Below, one piece after another: positions 11,414-32,100 of a stretch of 64,000 nucleotides of DNA (the first letter of the stretch is position 1; each line of letters begins with the position of its first letter). A model generated the notes under the pieces. That model saw only the letters and a program-made list of their open reading frames with translations. It made no database searches and had not been told where the DNA came from. The stretch covers positions 12,088,771 to 12,152,770 of the forward strand of contig OZ316891.1 in assembly GCA_973895155.1 (NCBI GenBank), written 5' to 3'. This DNA comes from Marsupella aquatica (lineage: Eukaryota > Plantae > Marchantiophyta). Both the position numbers and the translations under genes were made by a program.

Positions 11414-12466
11414 ATGGGTCGGTGGAGGATGGCATTGGCGTTGATGGTTTCAACCCTCTTCGCTGCAGCTCTGATGGCTGAAGCGAGAAATCACGAACTG
11501 TTTTCAGCGAGTTCATATTATGAAACCGATGACAAATTGGCCGGTTCGAAGGATCCTACTACGGAAACGACCGAAACCACCGAGGATCCTAACAATCGCT
11601 ACCCCAATGGATACCCGGGGCAGGACCACCACTACAACCCTGTGACGGAGAAGTACGATGACGAGGGGGTGCCCAAGACTACAGTCGAGAAGACTAATCT
11701 CCCTACCGAGAAAACCACCACCACAGAGACGACCACGATTCCGAAACGGTATGAGGCTGGTTACAACAATGGGCATGGATTCCAGCAGCAGCAGCAGCAT
11801 ACCAGAGGAAACCTGCCGGATAGTCGGCCTGATGAGTTCACGTTCGATCCCATCGAAGGACGATACAAGTTGGGCTATTTCCCAGACTCTGAATATGCTG
11901 GAGCTCACAAGACCACTACTACCACCAACTCTGGTTCAACAAATAAACTCGAAGGTGACTTGTATCACCGGTATGAGAAGGGTTATCACCCAACGTCCAC
12001 TTATACTCAGCGCGGTTCTATCTACAAGAATCCAGTGACATACAACAGCTACACTGGGCAATTTAGCACTATGCCCTTCCCAAATAGCGGAGTCCCTTTT
12101 GTGGCAAGTGGAGCGGGGTGTAGGACTGCATACTGGGTCGAGAATATTAACATGTGGCCAAGGTACTTTACCGTCAAGTCCACTGTTGGAGATGCATTTG
12201 GATCACAGGCCACTGCAACATACGGACAAACCACAATCTTGCAGGGATTGATGAGGTATGGGAATGATCCATATGACGGGCTATTGAGGACTGCATGCAC
12301 TTCCCTCTTCAACTCCTACGAACGCGGAGCTTTTCGGCTGTCCCACATGAAGGTCATTGAACAGTTTATCGCTGCTTTGGTTTCGCCGGAGGCAGCTAAG
12401 GCCCAGGCCCTCGTGTTCGAGACCGAAAACGTAGAATCCATCGCTGCAGGCAGTGCCTGCACATAG
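11414..12466 (+). CDS. Secreted protein with Thr-rich N-terminal part and C-terminal protodermal factor 1 (PDF1)-like domain
   Basis: Signal peptide (MALALMVSTLFAAALMAEA). The C-terminus CRTAYW...TVGDAFG...DPYDGLLRTACTSLFNSY...QALVFETEN resembles the PDF1 family domain. Single exon. Confidence 0.75.
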   Translation: MGRWRMALALMVSTLFAAALMAEARNHELFSASSYYETDDKLAGSKDPTTETTETTEDPNNRYPNGYPGQDHHYNPVTEKYDDEGVPKTTVEKTNLPTEKTTTTETTTIPKRYEAGYNNGHGFQQQQQHTRGNLPDSRPDEFTFDPIEGRYKLGYFPDSEYAGAHKTTTTTNSGSTNKLEGDLYHRYEKGYHPTSTYTQRGSIYKNPVTYNSYTGQFSTMPFPNSGVPFVASGAGCRTAYWVENINMWPRYFTVKSTVGDAFGSQATATYGQTTILQGLMRYGNDPYDGLLRTACTSLFNSYERGAFRLSHMKVIEQFIAALVSPEAAKAQALVFETENVESIAAGSACT

Positions 12467-13647
12467 TGTTTCCTCTGTTGTCATCTGTTTTGGTAGTTTC
12501 TAAAGAGCAAGAAACTTTTGTGTGCTTCTTGTGTTGGCTGACGTTTATATTACTATGTATTCGCGTTACGTCGATAGTAGTTGTTAGTTGCCCAAGTTGC
12601 TCATCAGTGAGAATTCCAGCCATGTTTGTGCTGTGGTGTGTAACTCAACTATTGCAACCCGCCAATTATGGTGTAAATATATACTTACCGTGGTACTAAG
12701 CGTTTAGGGTACTGAGCTCCCAACGAGTCGTTTCCGTTCCTATTGACGTCCTTGTGTATGTCAATAGAAAGGTTCTACTTGCATTGAACGATATCAAAAT
12801 GTTCGATAAAGACCTGCTCGATGTTTACTGTAAACGAATACACTTAGCGAGTAATGTTGCGCAAGGGGCATGCTGTCTGTGCTTTTACACACTGATAGTT
12901 ATGTGAGAGCTAGCTATGGTGGAGGGGGTAAAACAAAGACCGTTGGGATGGAAGAAAATAAGTTTTCTGAAAAACCGAAAATCTCCTCCATTAATGTACG
13001 TACTGTATTGATTGATTGCCTCCAGCCTTATGGGTGCCATTCGAATTCCTAAATAGGATTTGCGTTTTCTTTGATCAGTTCGACCCTGAAATACCACCTT
13101 GACAATTGTGACGTTCCAATGTAGATTGGTTTGGATTGGTCAAAATAATGCATTACAACTACAAGCATCTAAATTGGAAGCTCCTCGATCTTGGAGTGGG
13201 ATGATTCCGTTGCATGCGTGGTTCAGTCGATTCTGGTTTGCGTAGTACGTATAAGACCCATTCAATATTAAGTAATAGCGGGCAAGATCGCTTTGTTGAA
13301 AGCTGTAGTGCTGTATGCACTTTGATCGTGTTGTTTTGCCCATGAAGTTCTCTTTGGAGAAATGCGTGTGTCGACAAGAAAGGTGCTCTAATTTCTTAGT
13401 AGATCCTGAATCTAGAATCCAGTGGTCTATATGTGATTGTTATCCTTGACTGCGAGTCTCTTGCAAATACAATCAACTCCAGTAGAATGAGTTTTTAGTG
13501 CCACCCCAAATGGTTTAGCGATCTGGACTCAATGTCGTGAGACTCTGATACCTTCAGTCCTTTCTCATCCGTGCTGACGTACTACTTTTCTAGCATTCTT
13601 ATCGCTAGCTGGAGGTAATTGTGGGCCACATCGTTTTCTGCATGTAA

Positions 13648-13836
13648 CAATGTACGTTGCATTCCAAAGATGAATTTGCTGACATTCAAGCACCGTCCTG
13701 CCGTCCTCATGTACGGCTGGAGTCTGGCGTATGGGACTGACTGACACAATGTACCTTGCATTTCAAAGAGTAATTTGCAGACATCCAAGCACCGTCCTGT
13801 CGTCGGGAACGCCGGTGGTCTGGCGTATGGGACTGC
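13648..13836. repeat. Direct duplication of about 90-100 bp
   Basis: CAATGTAC.TTGCATT.CAAAGA...AAGCACCGTCCTG...GTCTGGCGTATGGGACTG occurs twice. Confidence 0.8.
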
Positions 13837-14579
13837 GTGACACAGCCTCAAGAGTCAGTCTCGATTGAATATGCACAACCCTGACAGTCCGCATGTCACA
13901 GAGTGGATTATTGGCTGCAGTCGATTCAGTCATGAGCGCAGATAAAAGGTCCTGTCGCTGATGTCCCGTCCACTGTCCCCACATCATACTGTGGACCACG
14001 TATTATGTTATGTACTTCGTGAAGTGTGTGATTCGTGAGGCACACGCTCAAGAAAACAACATTTTTTTCGGTCCTTCTGATTTGACCTTTAAATTCAGAA
14101 ATTAGACAACGCGCCGCTCGCCAATTGTAAGGCATCAGTGTGTCAGACAGCCCAGACTACACACTTTCAAGTTCTCGTGAGGTTCCCGCTTGCTCGATTG
14201 GAATAATACTTATTCAGTGCGGAGGTCTGGCGGTGTCATGGTGACAGGTAGTCATTATTGAGTCTGGTGACAGGTCGTTAGTCCATATGACGGGATATGA
14301 ATGAAGCCACCCGCTTTCAAGATTCACCTGAAATCCTGAATGCTTCAACTCAGCTATGATCCACTAGTGAGTCAGTGAGTGAAAATTACAGTACTTTCTT
14401 CAACCTATTTCACTTACGTGCCACAGGTGCGGAGTAAAGCCTGGATCATTGATATTTATTGATTAATGGTAAGTGCGGTAGTGCATAATGAATCCACTCA
14501 ATGCTAAGTGGGTTAGTGCATATTAATGAATCCACTCATGTCAAAATTGTAACATGTCAAAGTAGGTGTCGTGATGACT

Positions 14580-15375
14580 AAGATATTTTTGAGAGTAAAA
14601 GATGTCGTGTTGACCAAGAGATTGTTGAGAATAAAAATGATGTGTTGGTCAAGAGGTCATTGAGAAGAAAGATGTCGTGTTGCCCAAGATGTTGTTGACA
14701 ACAGAAGATGTCCTGTCGCCCAAGATGTTGGTGAGAACAAAAGATGTCATCTCGGCCAAGATTTTGGTGAGAACAAAAGATGTCGTGTCGCCCAAAATGT
14801 CGGTGAGAACAAAAGATCGTGTCGGCCAAGAAGTCGATGAGAACAAAAGATGTCGTGTTGGCCAAGAGGTTGTTGAGAAGAAAGATGTCATCTCGGCCAA
14901 GAGGTTGTGGAAGAAATAGAGGTCGTGTTGCCAATGATGTCGTAACGCGTTATGCCAAAGGTTTTGTTAAGTACAAAATAGCTCAATACCCCTATGTTGC
15001 ACAAAAGATCTCGTGTCACCCAAGATGCCGTGCAGTAAAACCATGTTGTTAAGAACAATGAAGTTGTTTTTTAATTCAAAGATGTAGTTATGTGAAAGAC
15101 GTTGTCAAGCCCGTTGTCAAGTAAAAGACGTAGTTAAGAAAAAAGAAGTCATTTTGCCAAACATGTTGTCAAGTAAAAAGTTGTTATCAAGTAAATAGTT
15201 GTTATCAAGTAAATAGTTGTCGTCAAGAATAAAAAATTGGTAGTAACTAACAAAAAAGAAGTTATTTGCCAAAGATGTTATGTGAAAGATGTCATGAATA
15301 AAAAGATGATATGGTGCCAAATGGTTTGTTATGTGAAATATATTGTGAAGTAAAATGATGTTGTCAAGTAAAAGT
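14580..15375. repeat. Tandem array of about 39-bp units (AAGATGTCGTGTTGGCCAAGAGGTTGTTGAGAACAA), decaying into shorter related units; related units recur at about 15900-16150
   Basis: About nine clear copies at 14580-14940; the overlapping ORFs show 13-aa periodicity. Confidence 0.85.
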
Positions 15376-16231
15376 GTGCCCCTCGCCAGACACCTTGCCA
15401 TCAACGCTAGTGCCATGATCTTTACTATGTCTTTAGACCTTATCATTGTTTATTTTTTGGTAGTGAAAATGGCACAAAAAATGAATGTAAAAAAGCATCC
15501 TAAATAATGGGAGAATTATTGTTTTATTTGATTAGTGTATGCAGTCTCTTATTGACTAAAATAGTATCTAAAATTTAACTCCTACCAATATTACACTAAA
15601 CTATGCACTATCTCACTTATTGCATATCTACACCTTATTGAGTATGTACAATATTTTCTCCTTATCCTTCATGTTGTGCATTGTGTTAGTGACGTCCCAT
15701 TTGATTCCTCCTACTTGGACATTGGCATGACTCTTTTTCATTCATACTAAACTAAAATTTACTTATTTATATTCCTTTCTTCTACCAGATTTTCTTATTT
15801 TTGGTGCCCTGCAAATTTGAATGACGGCCACTGCAAAAAAGGAGCAACCTTGTATTATAGAAGTTAATAGCTCGATACCTGTGTGTATAATTTTCCATAA
15901 AAGATGTTGTTAAGTAAACATATGTAGTGGCATCAGAGATCTCGTTAAGTAAATATATGTCATTGTGTAAAAGATGTCATGGCATAAAAGATGTTGTTAA
16001 TAGGTAAACTACTGTGGCATAAAAGATGTTGATTAAGTATTAAACAGATGACATTATGTCAAAGATGTGGTTACACCAATTGAAATATGCGGGTAAGTAA
16101 TAAGACATCCTTAGTAAAAGGTGTTGTCAAGTAAAATATGTTGTTAACTAAGAAAACTCCAATAATTTTGGAGATGAGTTAGGGCAGAGGATTGTTGCGT
16201 TTTGTCAGGCCGGCCTCCATGCCCGAGGACA

Positions 16232-16878
16232 AAAAAAAACCCAGTAGGAAGCCGGTCCTCGGTCTAGGCAGTTCGGTCCTCTTCCTACTGGGTTTTTTTT
16301 AGGGTTAAACTGGAGAAAAAAATCAAAACTGGAAAAAATTGAACCAATAAGACAAAAAAAACTCCTACTGGGTTCGAACTGCAAGACAGAGTCCAAGGGC
16401 GAGACTGAGTCCAGGCAAGGGCAAGACCAAGTCCAGGCAAGGGCAAGGGCGGGGATCGGGTGGGTCATCGAGGCAGGGATTTAGGTTGAGTGGGGGAGCG
16501 CGAGGAGGGAGAGTCAGGGCAAAAGGGGAGAGCGGGGCTAGAGAGGCAAGAGGGCGAGAGGATGGGGAGAGCGGGGTTGGGAGGAAGGAGGGGCAGGAGG
16601 GAGTCGGGAGGAGGGGCCGCGAGGTGGGGAGGCAAAAGGGGGCCTGGGAGGCAGAGGGCGGAGCCAGCCAGCCAGCCCTGCCCCAAGCCAGCCAGCCAGT
16701 CAGCGTGGGCGGCCGCGAGCTGGGCAGGGCTGGACGGCGACGGGGGCGGGGGGGGGGATCGCGACTTGCAGCGGCTTGGTGCCGACTTTGCGGCACTGCA
16801 ATCCAAGTGACTGCTTGAGTTTCCACTTGAGTTTTTTTTGTCTTATTGGTTCAATTTTTTCCAGTTTTGATTTTTTTC
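16232..16878. repeat. Inverted-repeat-flanked G-rich cassette
   Basis: Perfect 50-bp inverted repeat at 16315-16364 / 16829-16878 and perfect 20-bp inverted repeat at 16232-16251 / 16281-16300, around a purine/G-skewed core. Confidence 0.88.
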
Positions 16879-19800
16879 ACCCAAAACGGCGGGCCGGGAA
16901 ATTTTGAAAGACGACCATGGTATAAATTGGTGCCATAGTGTATTATAGTTTTTGATATAGTTTTTGATATAGTTTTTGGAAAGTAGAGGGATCTACATTG
17001 ATCCTTGTGCTTGCATGGGCTTATTTACTAATCATTTCCCTTTTTAGTCGTCTCATTTCACTGTTTCCTTTTTGCAGAGTGTTCCTTCCCCTTTCATTCA
17101 CACTAAACTTTATTATCTTTTATTTATTCCTTACTCTTTTGCTGGAATCTTTTTTTGTACACTCTATATTTGAATGATGGCCACCGTATAAAAGAGCGCA
17201 ACATTGTATTATAGTTTAGGATTTATGATCGAAGCAAGAATTGTAATGCATATGTATTTTCAACTTCTGAGTACTTTGCAACAACTATGTTCAAATTGAC
17301 ATTGACAATATTGCCAAGGTTTTTGTATTTACAAATGTGACAGTTTTGTATATGGACTGCGGGTTCACCAGGGTAATCATATACAAAAAATGTGACATAC
17401 TTATATATATATGATAAAACAGTGGCACTGGCAGTATTTAAAGTATAGCATCTGTAGCTATATCAATTTTATGTTAGTTGTCATTCACGAACTGGTAAAT
17501 AGCAATTATATGAGTGTGTAAAAAGTTACAGGTTTACTTAAGAATCAAGTTGAATCCCTATGATTTTTTATTTACTCCCTACTTTGCTCAGATATAGAGG
17601 AACAAGTGGTTGATACATTAGCCAAAATTGAGTTCTGAGTCTTGAGTAAATACATAAAACTAACTTTGCTCAGATATAGCCAGAGGAAATATGTATGGGA
17701 ATGGTTAACATTTTAGCTCAAATTGAGTTTTGAGTCTTGAGCAAAAACAAAAACGATACAGCTCCAAGTTTCTCTTAAGCCAATCTTACCCTAAGTTGAA
17801 GCCAAGAAGCCCAAATGACCCCAAATTGCTATGCTTTTTCATTTCTCCCTACAAAGAAAATGGGCTGAAAGTTTAAAAAAAGATAGAGGAAAATTGAGGT
17901 CTGAATTGTGAGTTGAAAGTAAAATGATACCCCAATTTTATCTTAAGCTATTCTTAGTCACCTTAAGCCAACTTTACCTACGCCAACTAAGTTGAAGCCA
18001 AGAACCCAAATCAGCCTGATTTTTGTGTGTTCTCCCTACTCAACCAAACGGGCTAACACATAGAGGGAAGCTAGGGGAATCTACAGTTCAAGTTTGAGCT
18101 CAAATTGAGTTTCAAATGGTGAGTTAAAAATAAAAATAATAGTTACGGATCCCTATTAGGGTTCTTGGAAATTCCCTGGCACTCGGATGCACCACATCAG
18201 CAAGGATGGTGACAAACAGGACAGAGCAGGTTTTCTGGAAAACAAAAATGTCCTTGTCATGTTTGAGTGCATATTCGTGTAAATTATGGGGCGCCATGCC
18301 ATAAGTGTTAAATAAGTGTAAAAAAACCAGAATAGAAAGGAAGAGATGTCATGTTTTCATTGTAAACGTATTAGTTACCTTTCAAGTGTTTTTAAATTGT
18401 TTATTATGTAACTTAGTTAGATAAATGCCTCTAAAATAACTTAAGTAAGTAACATCTCATACCTGATCCTATCTCTTTCCATGACAGAGATACGACCAAG
18501 AGATGATTGTGAACAGGGTACTGCCATTCTGTCACATTGCGTCGAAGAAACCAAGGAGCGATCTTCAGCTGAGTTTTGAGTTTGAGTTGTGAGGTGAATA
18601 CCATATGATCGTATAACTTGCACACACTTAAAGAACCGTCACCAACTCAAAATATGCAACATCAAAAAATGTCCACCTCCCTTTCTCGATGAAGAGATGT
18701 CACAATCCCGTCATTGTCACAAACTTAGCCTCTGCAAATTGATTTCTTCAATAATGTCGCCATCGCTTGTCCACAACACTTGCTACCTGGCTTGAATTGT
18801 TTGCGTCACTCTAGGCTTCAACTGAAGCTCACTCTAAACACAGGTTAACGCAAAATGCTGCCTCTATGTTGAAGAAACAATCCCTGGTCTCCCCCTCATA
18901 CCATAGCTTTCTTAAATAAAAAAACTACAAAACCTTCATCTGCAGTGATGGCTCGTCCGTTTTGTGTGTTCTTCCCACCGAAATGACAAGCGCTCTTTTG
19001 CCTACAGTTGAGTGTTGTCCTCCGGTTTGTCTTCTGGCCGTAATGCTCAATGTAACTCAGAAACAATCAATCAGGAATAGTAGAAACACGATTTATCCAA
19101 TGTGTAAGCGAAAATCATCAAAAAACTCAATCCCTCCACATTCAACCAGAGAGATCATTTCAACCAGATCGATCTCCTCTATCTTTTGAGCGTTCTCTAA
19201 AGCCATGGCCAAAATTAAGCCAAATCTGTGTGATTTGCACCTCATAGTAAAACAAATGTCTGGGTAAGACAGGAAAAAGCTACAGGAATTTGTGGCTAAA
19301 ACTTTGAGCTCAAAAAAAGTTACAAAAGTCATTAACAACTTGCATTAACAAAAACTTCAAAATAAGTAGCCCAAGAGAATCTAAAAAAATATTTACAATT
19401 TGTGGCTGAACCAAGCCATTTTTTCTTTTCACATACTCTTATTGTTGTAGATGAGTTATGTGACGTCATTCAGACAAAATAATTTTTTTTGCTCATATAT
19501 TCAGAGGAACAAGTGCACAACACTCCTTTGAATGCACTTTGGTGATATGATATACCCAATATACAACACTCCTTTGATACAACTACCCAAAAGAAATGCT
19601 GGAGTTCTCGTTCACCCAGAAATGATCGTACCTATAACTGGTATTTTATTCTTTCAATCTAAAAGCACCCAGGCTCACAATGTAACATAAGGTACACGTA
19701 CATGAGATATTGTGTCTCTTTTTCATACAAAAAGTTTTGTACCTAACTATTATTGCATTCTGTCACTCTGAAAGTAGTGCACTTGTTTCTATTTCTTTTC

Positions 19801-20773
19801 AACAATTACTTTTTCTATACTTCTAGTGCCAAAAGGACCAAACCCGCAAACTGCAAAACAAGATGCCAAAGGCAAAACTACCCAGTGAAGGGAGGGAAGA
19901 GGAAAGGGGAACGACCAAGAGGCCCAACAAACCAAGGAGTTGCCAACAAGAATACCCTCAACAACAAAGGAACCAAAAACCTAATATTAAGTAGCTAGTA
20001 GACTAAATCCCTACTAGGTGTAAAATTGACAAGCCTTGTAGAGCTCCCCAGTAAAGTGCATGGAAGTGTCATGAAAGGGAATCTGTCAAGAAGCCCTACC
20101 AACTACCTTGGCTCTACAAAGAAGTGAAATCCTGAGCCCTCTGATGAGCAGCTGACACGCAATGTGTAAAGGGGGCCATGCGGACCAAAACAAGGGGATA
20201 TGGTCTCTGCTCAATACTAAAACCTGCACAAGCCCAAAGGAAGTAGTCAAAGCTAGGTGGAGAGCACCAAAGACCTTCAGAGCAAAACGGTAGAAAGGAT
20301 CCCTGGGGTTACAAACAGCATTTATAGACCTCTTCCTTGAACCGGCTGCACTGGCTGGAGAATGACCAGGCACATGGGCAGCAACCACAATATTTTTCCT
20401 TCCAGTACTACCAGCAACCACCACATATCCAAAGGCACAAACTCAAACTCTAGGAAAATCCAGATCAGCCTGGTGCCAGTCAGGAACTCTATCCCTGGGG
20501 CAAAGCACATGACATTGCTCCTATAGGATAAGTTTCGTTTGTGAATAAGTTACACTAGTGCCTTGTTGGAATGGGCCAGCTACATGAAGCATTCAAACAA
20601 GTACAAGTGGGTACCCAAGCTGTTTCTCTTCCATATTTGTGCACATAAACTCTTGCTTCAAATCCCATTAACCAGTCTTGTAATTTCCTACTGTCCTTGA
20701 TTTACCCCAGGCACTTGGAGATTCTCTACTAAACCAAGGTTAGGTTTTCAAACCTCCTGTAACCACTAATCAC

Positions 20774-20882
20774 CCGCTGGGCTGCAGTAGCCTTTTTAGT
20801 TTAAAACCACCATTGGCAGCATAAATGGCCGCTGGGCTGCAGTAGCCTTTTTAGTTTAAACCACCATTGGCAGCATAAATGG
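20774..20882. repeat. Tandem duplication of about 55 bp
   Basis: CCGCTGGGCTGCAGTAGCCTTTTTAGTTTAAA(A)CCACCATTGGCAGCATAAATGG x2. Confidence 0.9.
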
Positions 20883-22281
20883 AGAAGTGTCCAAGATTTT
20901 GCACTTTTCCACATTACACTCCTCTACCTCCTCTACCCTGAGACTCTGCTCCACAATTTCAGGAAAAAGATACTAAAAATGATGAAACTTGCTTTTTGTC
21001 ATGGCTAGTGGCTCTTTCAGCCAAACCACTGGGCTAGCCATTTCTCATGAAAAGACTAGCCACGACAATCCATTAGACTTTCTTTTTCTTTAAGTCTAAT
21101 CCCAACGACCAGATGGGGCCAGAATCTTACCCCAGAACTTGCCTGGCCAATATGTAGGAAAAGAATTTGAAAAAATTGAGATGACTGGTCAATGAACAGG
21201 CTGGGTGATGTTTTCTGGATCTGAGGGTGGAGTTTAGAAGATACAAATCTAAAGGGTTGTCATTACTCTACTGAGAAACCCAAAAAAGAGGCTAGGCGCA
21301 TGGGTTGGCTTTCACAGTCTATGCTAGCTTTTGGGCTAGGGACACGCTAAAAGGTTCAGTGTTCTCATCCCAGTGTCCTCCAACTGTACAGTAGTTTGGT
21401 GACTGCCTCTGACATCCCACCCATAGCCCAACGGTCCAGTGGGCCCCTCGATGCCGCAGGTTTCATGGTCCCATCTCAGTCCTTACCAGTCATGACCTTA
21501 AGATGAATATTGTCAGCCCTCACATAGCTTCTAGTGATCGATGGTGAGTTTTGAAACTCCCGAAAAATCCTCTATATTGCCAACTTATGACCCCTATCTT
21601 CCTTGACCTGTGAAAGATGTCAGTTCATACCACCATCTCATGGATATTTGAATATTGATGTTGCCCCACGAAGCAGCAAAGAGAAAGATGAGACATATGA
21701 GATAAAAGTCTACAATTCACAGAACTTTGCCAGCAATGTTTTGTGATTAATGACATGACGAAAGTGTGAGATAGATTGGGCTAAACACATTCCTTTATAG
21801 ACTTTACAAACCCAATGTCAGTGTGCTAAGTTAACTGTACACACACTCCTGGCAAGTCCCTCCTTGCGCAAAACCTCACGTTTACAAAGTGTATGCCTCA
21901 ACCGGCCACACTGTTCAGTGGTCGACCGTATATACTTGCTTTGTATATAAACAAAACTGTTGCTGGCAGAATCCAACTGGGTTTTCGTGATGTGAAGGTT
22001 GTCTTCCAAACCTCTCGACGCGATCGGGGCACACTAGAAGTCCCGGATGCTGCTGAAGCATGTTCCTACCAAAACCCATCACTAAGAATAATGCACAATA
22101 GCCACATCCACGGCCGGATTGTGGAGAAGTTTTACTCCACCCTAGTGTTTGTTGTGCTGAAGAGAATTATTCCAAAGAGTTTTTGTTTTGGACTCTCCTG
22201 GTTAGAACAGCCTCGATTGCGGGCCTGAAAAATCTCCCCCTGCAGTCCAAAGGACCTAGCAATCATGTAAATATGTGCAAT

Positions 22282-29135
<6,854 letters not shown>

Positions 29136-32100
29136 TGCACAACACGATTCACTAAGAAGGTCAGTGTCTGCTGACGAACCGCGATCAATATAAGTTCAAC
29201 ACAGTAGACATTTCAATATGATACATAGCTCTCAGTCTAGAGTCCAAACCACTGACCCTCCTTCATTCCCCGACTCCAAGCCAAACAACAAGTGGAAGAC
29301 ACAGTCCGAAGCTGTCGACGATTCCGATGGGATCGGTTCGGCTGATCTCCTTCATGTACCCTGCAATTCCCTCGCACAACTCCGCTCAACGACCCAAATC
29401 CGATACCTCTCTTCCCCTGGCAGTCCAACAGAACTCAAGTGGCTATCTCTGGCAGCCGAGCACGACTGAATTGCAAACAATTTAAAAAAAATTCGATCTG
29501 CGGACAGAAAGGCTTTTAGAGTAGACTTTTTACTTGTACTTCTGAGCAAATTAGCACGAAGAGATGGGGCGAAACGGCAGCCACTGCAAAGCAAATTCGA
29601 AAATTGAGTTACAGTGGTCAACTAGGTGGAAGAGCTTACGGGGCTGTAGCAAATTTCCCGACATTGGGCCGGACCGCTTGTTCTGCCTTGCGGAGTTTGG
29701 AATTTGCTGCCGAGCCTCGAGCCCTCTGGCAAAGTTCTCCCTCCTCCAATCTATCCGTCCCACATCATTCCCCTGCAATCGGTCTCTAATTCCGTCACCT
29801 TGTTTGCAGCTCAGCGGTCTCCACTCCTCGCCCCTCTAGCTGCAAGCAAAGCAAGCAAGCACTGTTTGAGTTCCCAGAGGCAACTTCTCTAGAGAAAGGG
29901 CTCATTCGAACTTGCTCTCGACTCAGACTTCATGTATCTCAACAGAGCACTCACATTTCTAGCGCACCAAAGACGGCATTGCAGAATTTGATGAGAATTC
30001 GTCCCCTAGTACCAACATTCTATGCAAAAGAAGAGTTTTAATTTCAGGTTTCTACGAAAAATCTCATGACGAACAATAAGAACCGACCGATTCCGTTTCG
30101 CTTTCCTTTGCGAGCGGCTGCCAAGCGGCAGATTGTCAATTGCTTCCTTGTCAACCGATCAACAAGTCCTGTCGCCTCTGTCAGGCTTTATTGAGCGATG
30201 ACCCACTACAGTTTAAAAGCAAGACAACAGAAGTGCCGACAGGCCCGGGGAAGACTGAGAATGTATACTTGTATACGTCCGCGAAAACTGGGGAAGCGAG
30301 TGGAGAATCTTGTACGAAGGGGCGAAGACCGGTCGTTAGTTGATATTAGTTGACCCTTGCTTGCAGGTTACGCTTTCCACCTGCAACGTCAACCGGTACG
30401 CTCTCTTTTTTATGGAAGAGTACTCGAGAAGTGAACCGGAAACGGTTCCCAAGACCCATGACTATTCTGTCACCCTGAGTTCGACCAACGATTGGCGTTC
30501 CACTGACTGCACGTCAAAGAGGGGTCTCGGTAACTGCACATCAAAATATGACATATACTATGTATAACACCCCTGCATATAATGATAATACTAGTTTTTT
30601 CCTTTCAATCAATGAATGCAGCCGCATTTTGATGTGTGATTACCAGCAGGGGTCAAAGAGTAGCAATAGCTGTGGAGAAGAAATAACAGTTAGCGTGGCT
30701 TTACATGACCTTGGTGACAGTTAGTAGCTATATAGCTCAATAGCTGTGTAGAATAAATAACACTTAATGTGGCCTTACAAGACCTTGGCGCTCTTGACCT
30801 TAGACGTTTGAATCTACATTTGACCTCCTCCCCCTGAATCCATCCCATCCAATGTTTCACAAAAAAACAGAGAAAAGAACTCCTTCAGATTCACCAAACA
30901 AAACGACTTAGAATGCTGCAAAAATGTTGGCACATGTAACCCAATTATCGAAAAGCAATGCTCAGTTACACATATGTTCATGATTGAGCTGGCTTTACAT
31001 CAGGAAGTGTTCACACAGGATTTTCTTGAATTCTATTTGATGACACTCAATCAACACAAAGTGAACCCTCTAGTTCATGCTTTCCAATCTCTGAAATTAC
31101 ACATTATCACTAATGCAGGCTTCATTCACTTCTTGTTCATCCCAACCAGTAGACAAATGGGCACAAGCTACACCATGAATCAAAAGTGAGGATACCCTCT
31201 TTGCTAAAACCAAATCAATAATTGAAGAAAAGAAATAAACAAACTTTAAGCTTGATGTAAAACATTGATATATCTCCGGTGAAGACATCAAATTAGTTAC
31301 ATTGTTTTACCTTGCAATTTGTTGTTTTAAAAATTCACTTATCAATTTTTTAATCCTTTCATAGTTAGTGGGTCTAACCGGTATTCCTTGCCTCACATCA
31401 AACATGATTCAACACCCTTTTGTGCATCTTGCACCAAGGCCATATTGTTAAAGAGAATGGATATGAATGCCAGATTTGTTCTCCTGGTTACTGCTAGTTC
31501 TTAGGATACTTGCGTTCTTGAGCGGTAATCTAGCCAACCTCAAGCCCCACTTCTTTGAAATTGTGTGAGAGGTTAGTTAGATCGGTATAACTACTACTGT
31601 GCACGAAATCTGAGCACCTGTAAACCAAATTCAGCCTTTTCGTCTTGTCCAGCTACAATCTTTCTTGTTCGTTTTCCTGCTGCAATTACTGTACCAATTG
31701 GGGTCACAGGTGATGAGAATGTACAGAAGTCATTTGACCAGGTGACATTCATGAAGACCTCATTCAAAATGTACTTATTGTCGAGCACACAGGTTGATAA
31801 ATTCAGCCTAAAGGTCTAGCAAAAGCTCATCGACAAAACTACTCAGGCAAAAACTATATAAGTATCAACAAATATCTTTTCAAAGTTGTAATAAAAAATT
31901 TGACAATTTATTGCAGAATATTTTCCCTCTTAAGCCAATCTTCGCAGTCAAAAATCTAGTTTACAGTTTCTGCTGAATGAAATGCATCCTCGGGTCCCCA
32001 CCAGGAGGCACTCAATTTTTGTAGTGCAGTAACTTCTCTAAGTGAATGATCAGTAGTCATCACCCAAGGTAGCAAGTCCAATGGGTTGGACACTTTGCAA

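Noticed and set aside
14578-15052. Repetitive ORFs on both strands
   Set aside because: By-product of a 39-bp (multiple of 3) tandem repeat; no domain similarity.
16365-16826. Pro-rich and Gly/Arg-rich ORFs
   Set aside because: Stop-codon scarcity in a G/C-skewed tract, with ORFs in several frames on both strands.
18430-19340. Short minus-strand ORFs, possible TE remnant
   Set aside because: No recognisable motif.
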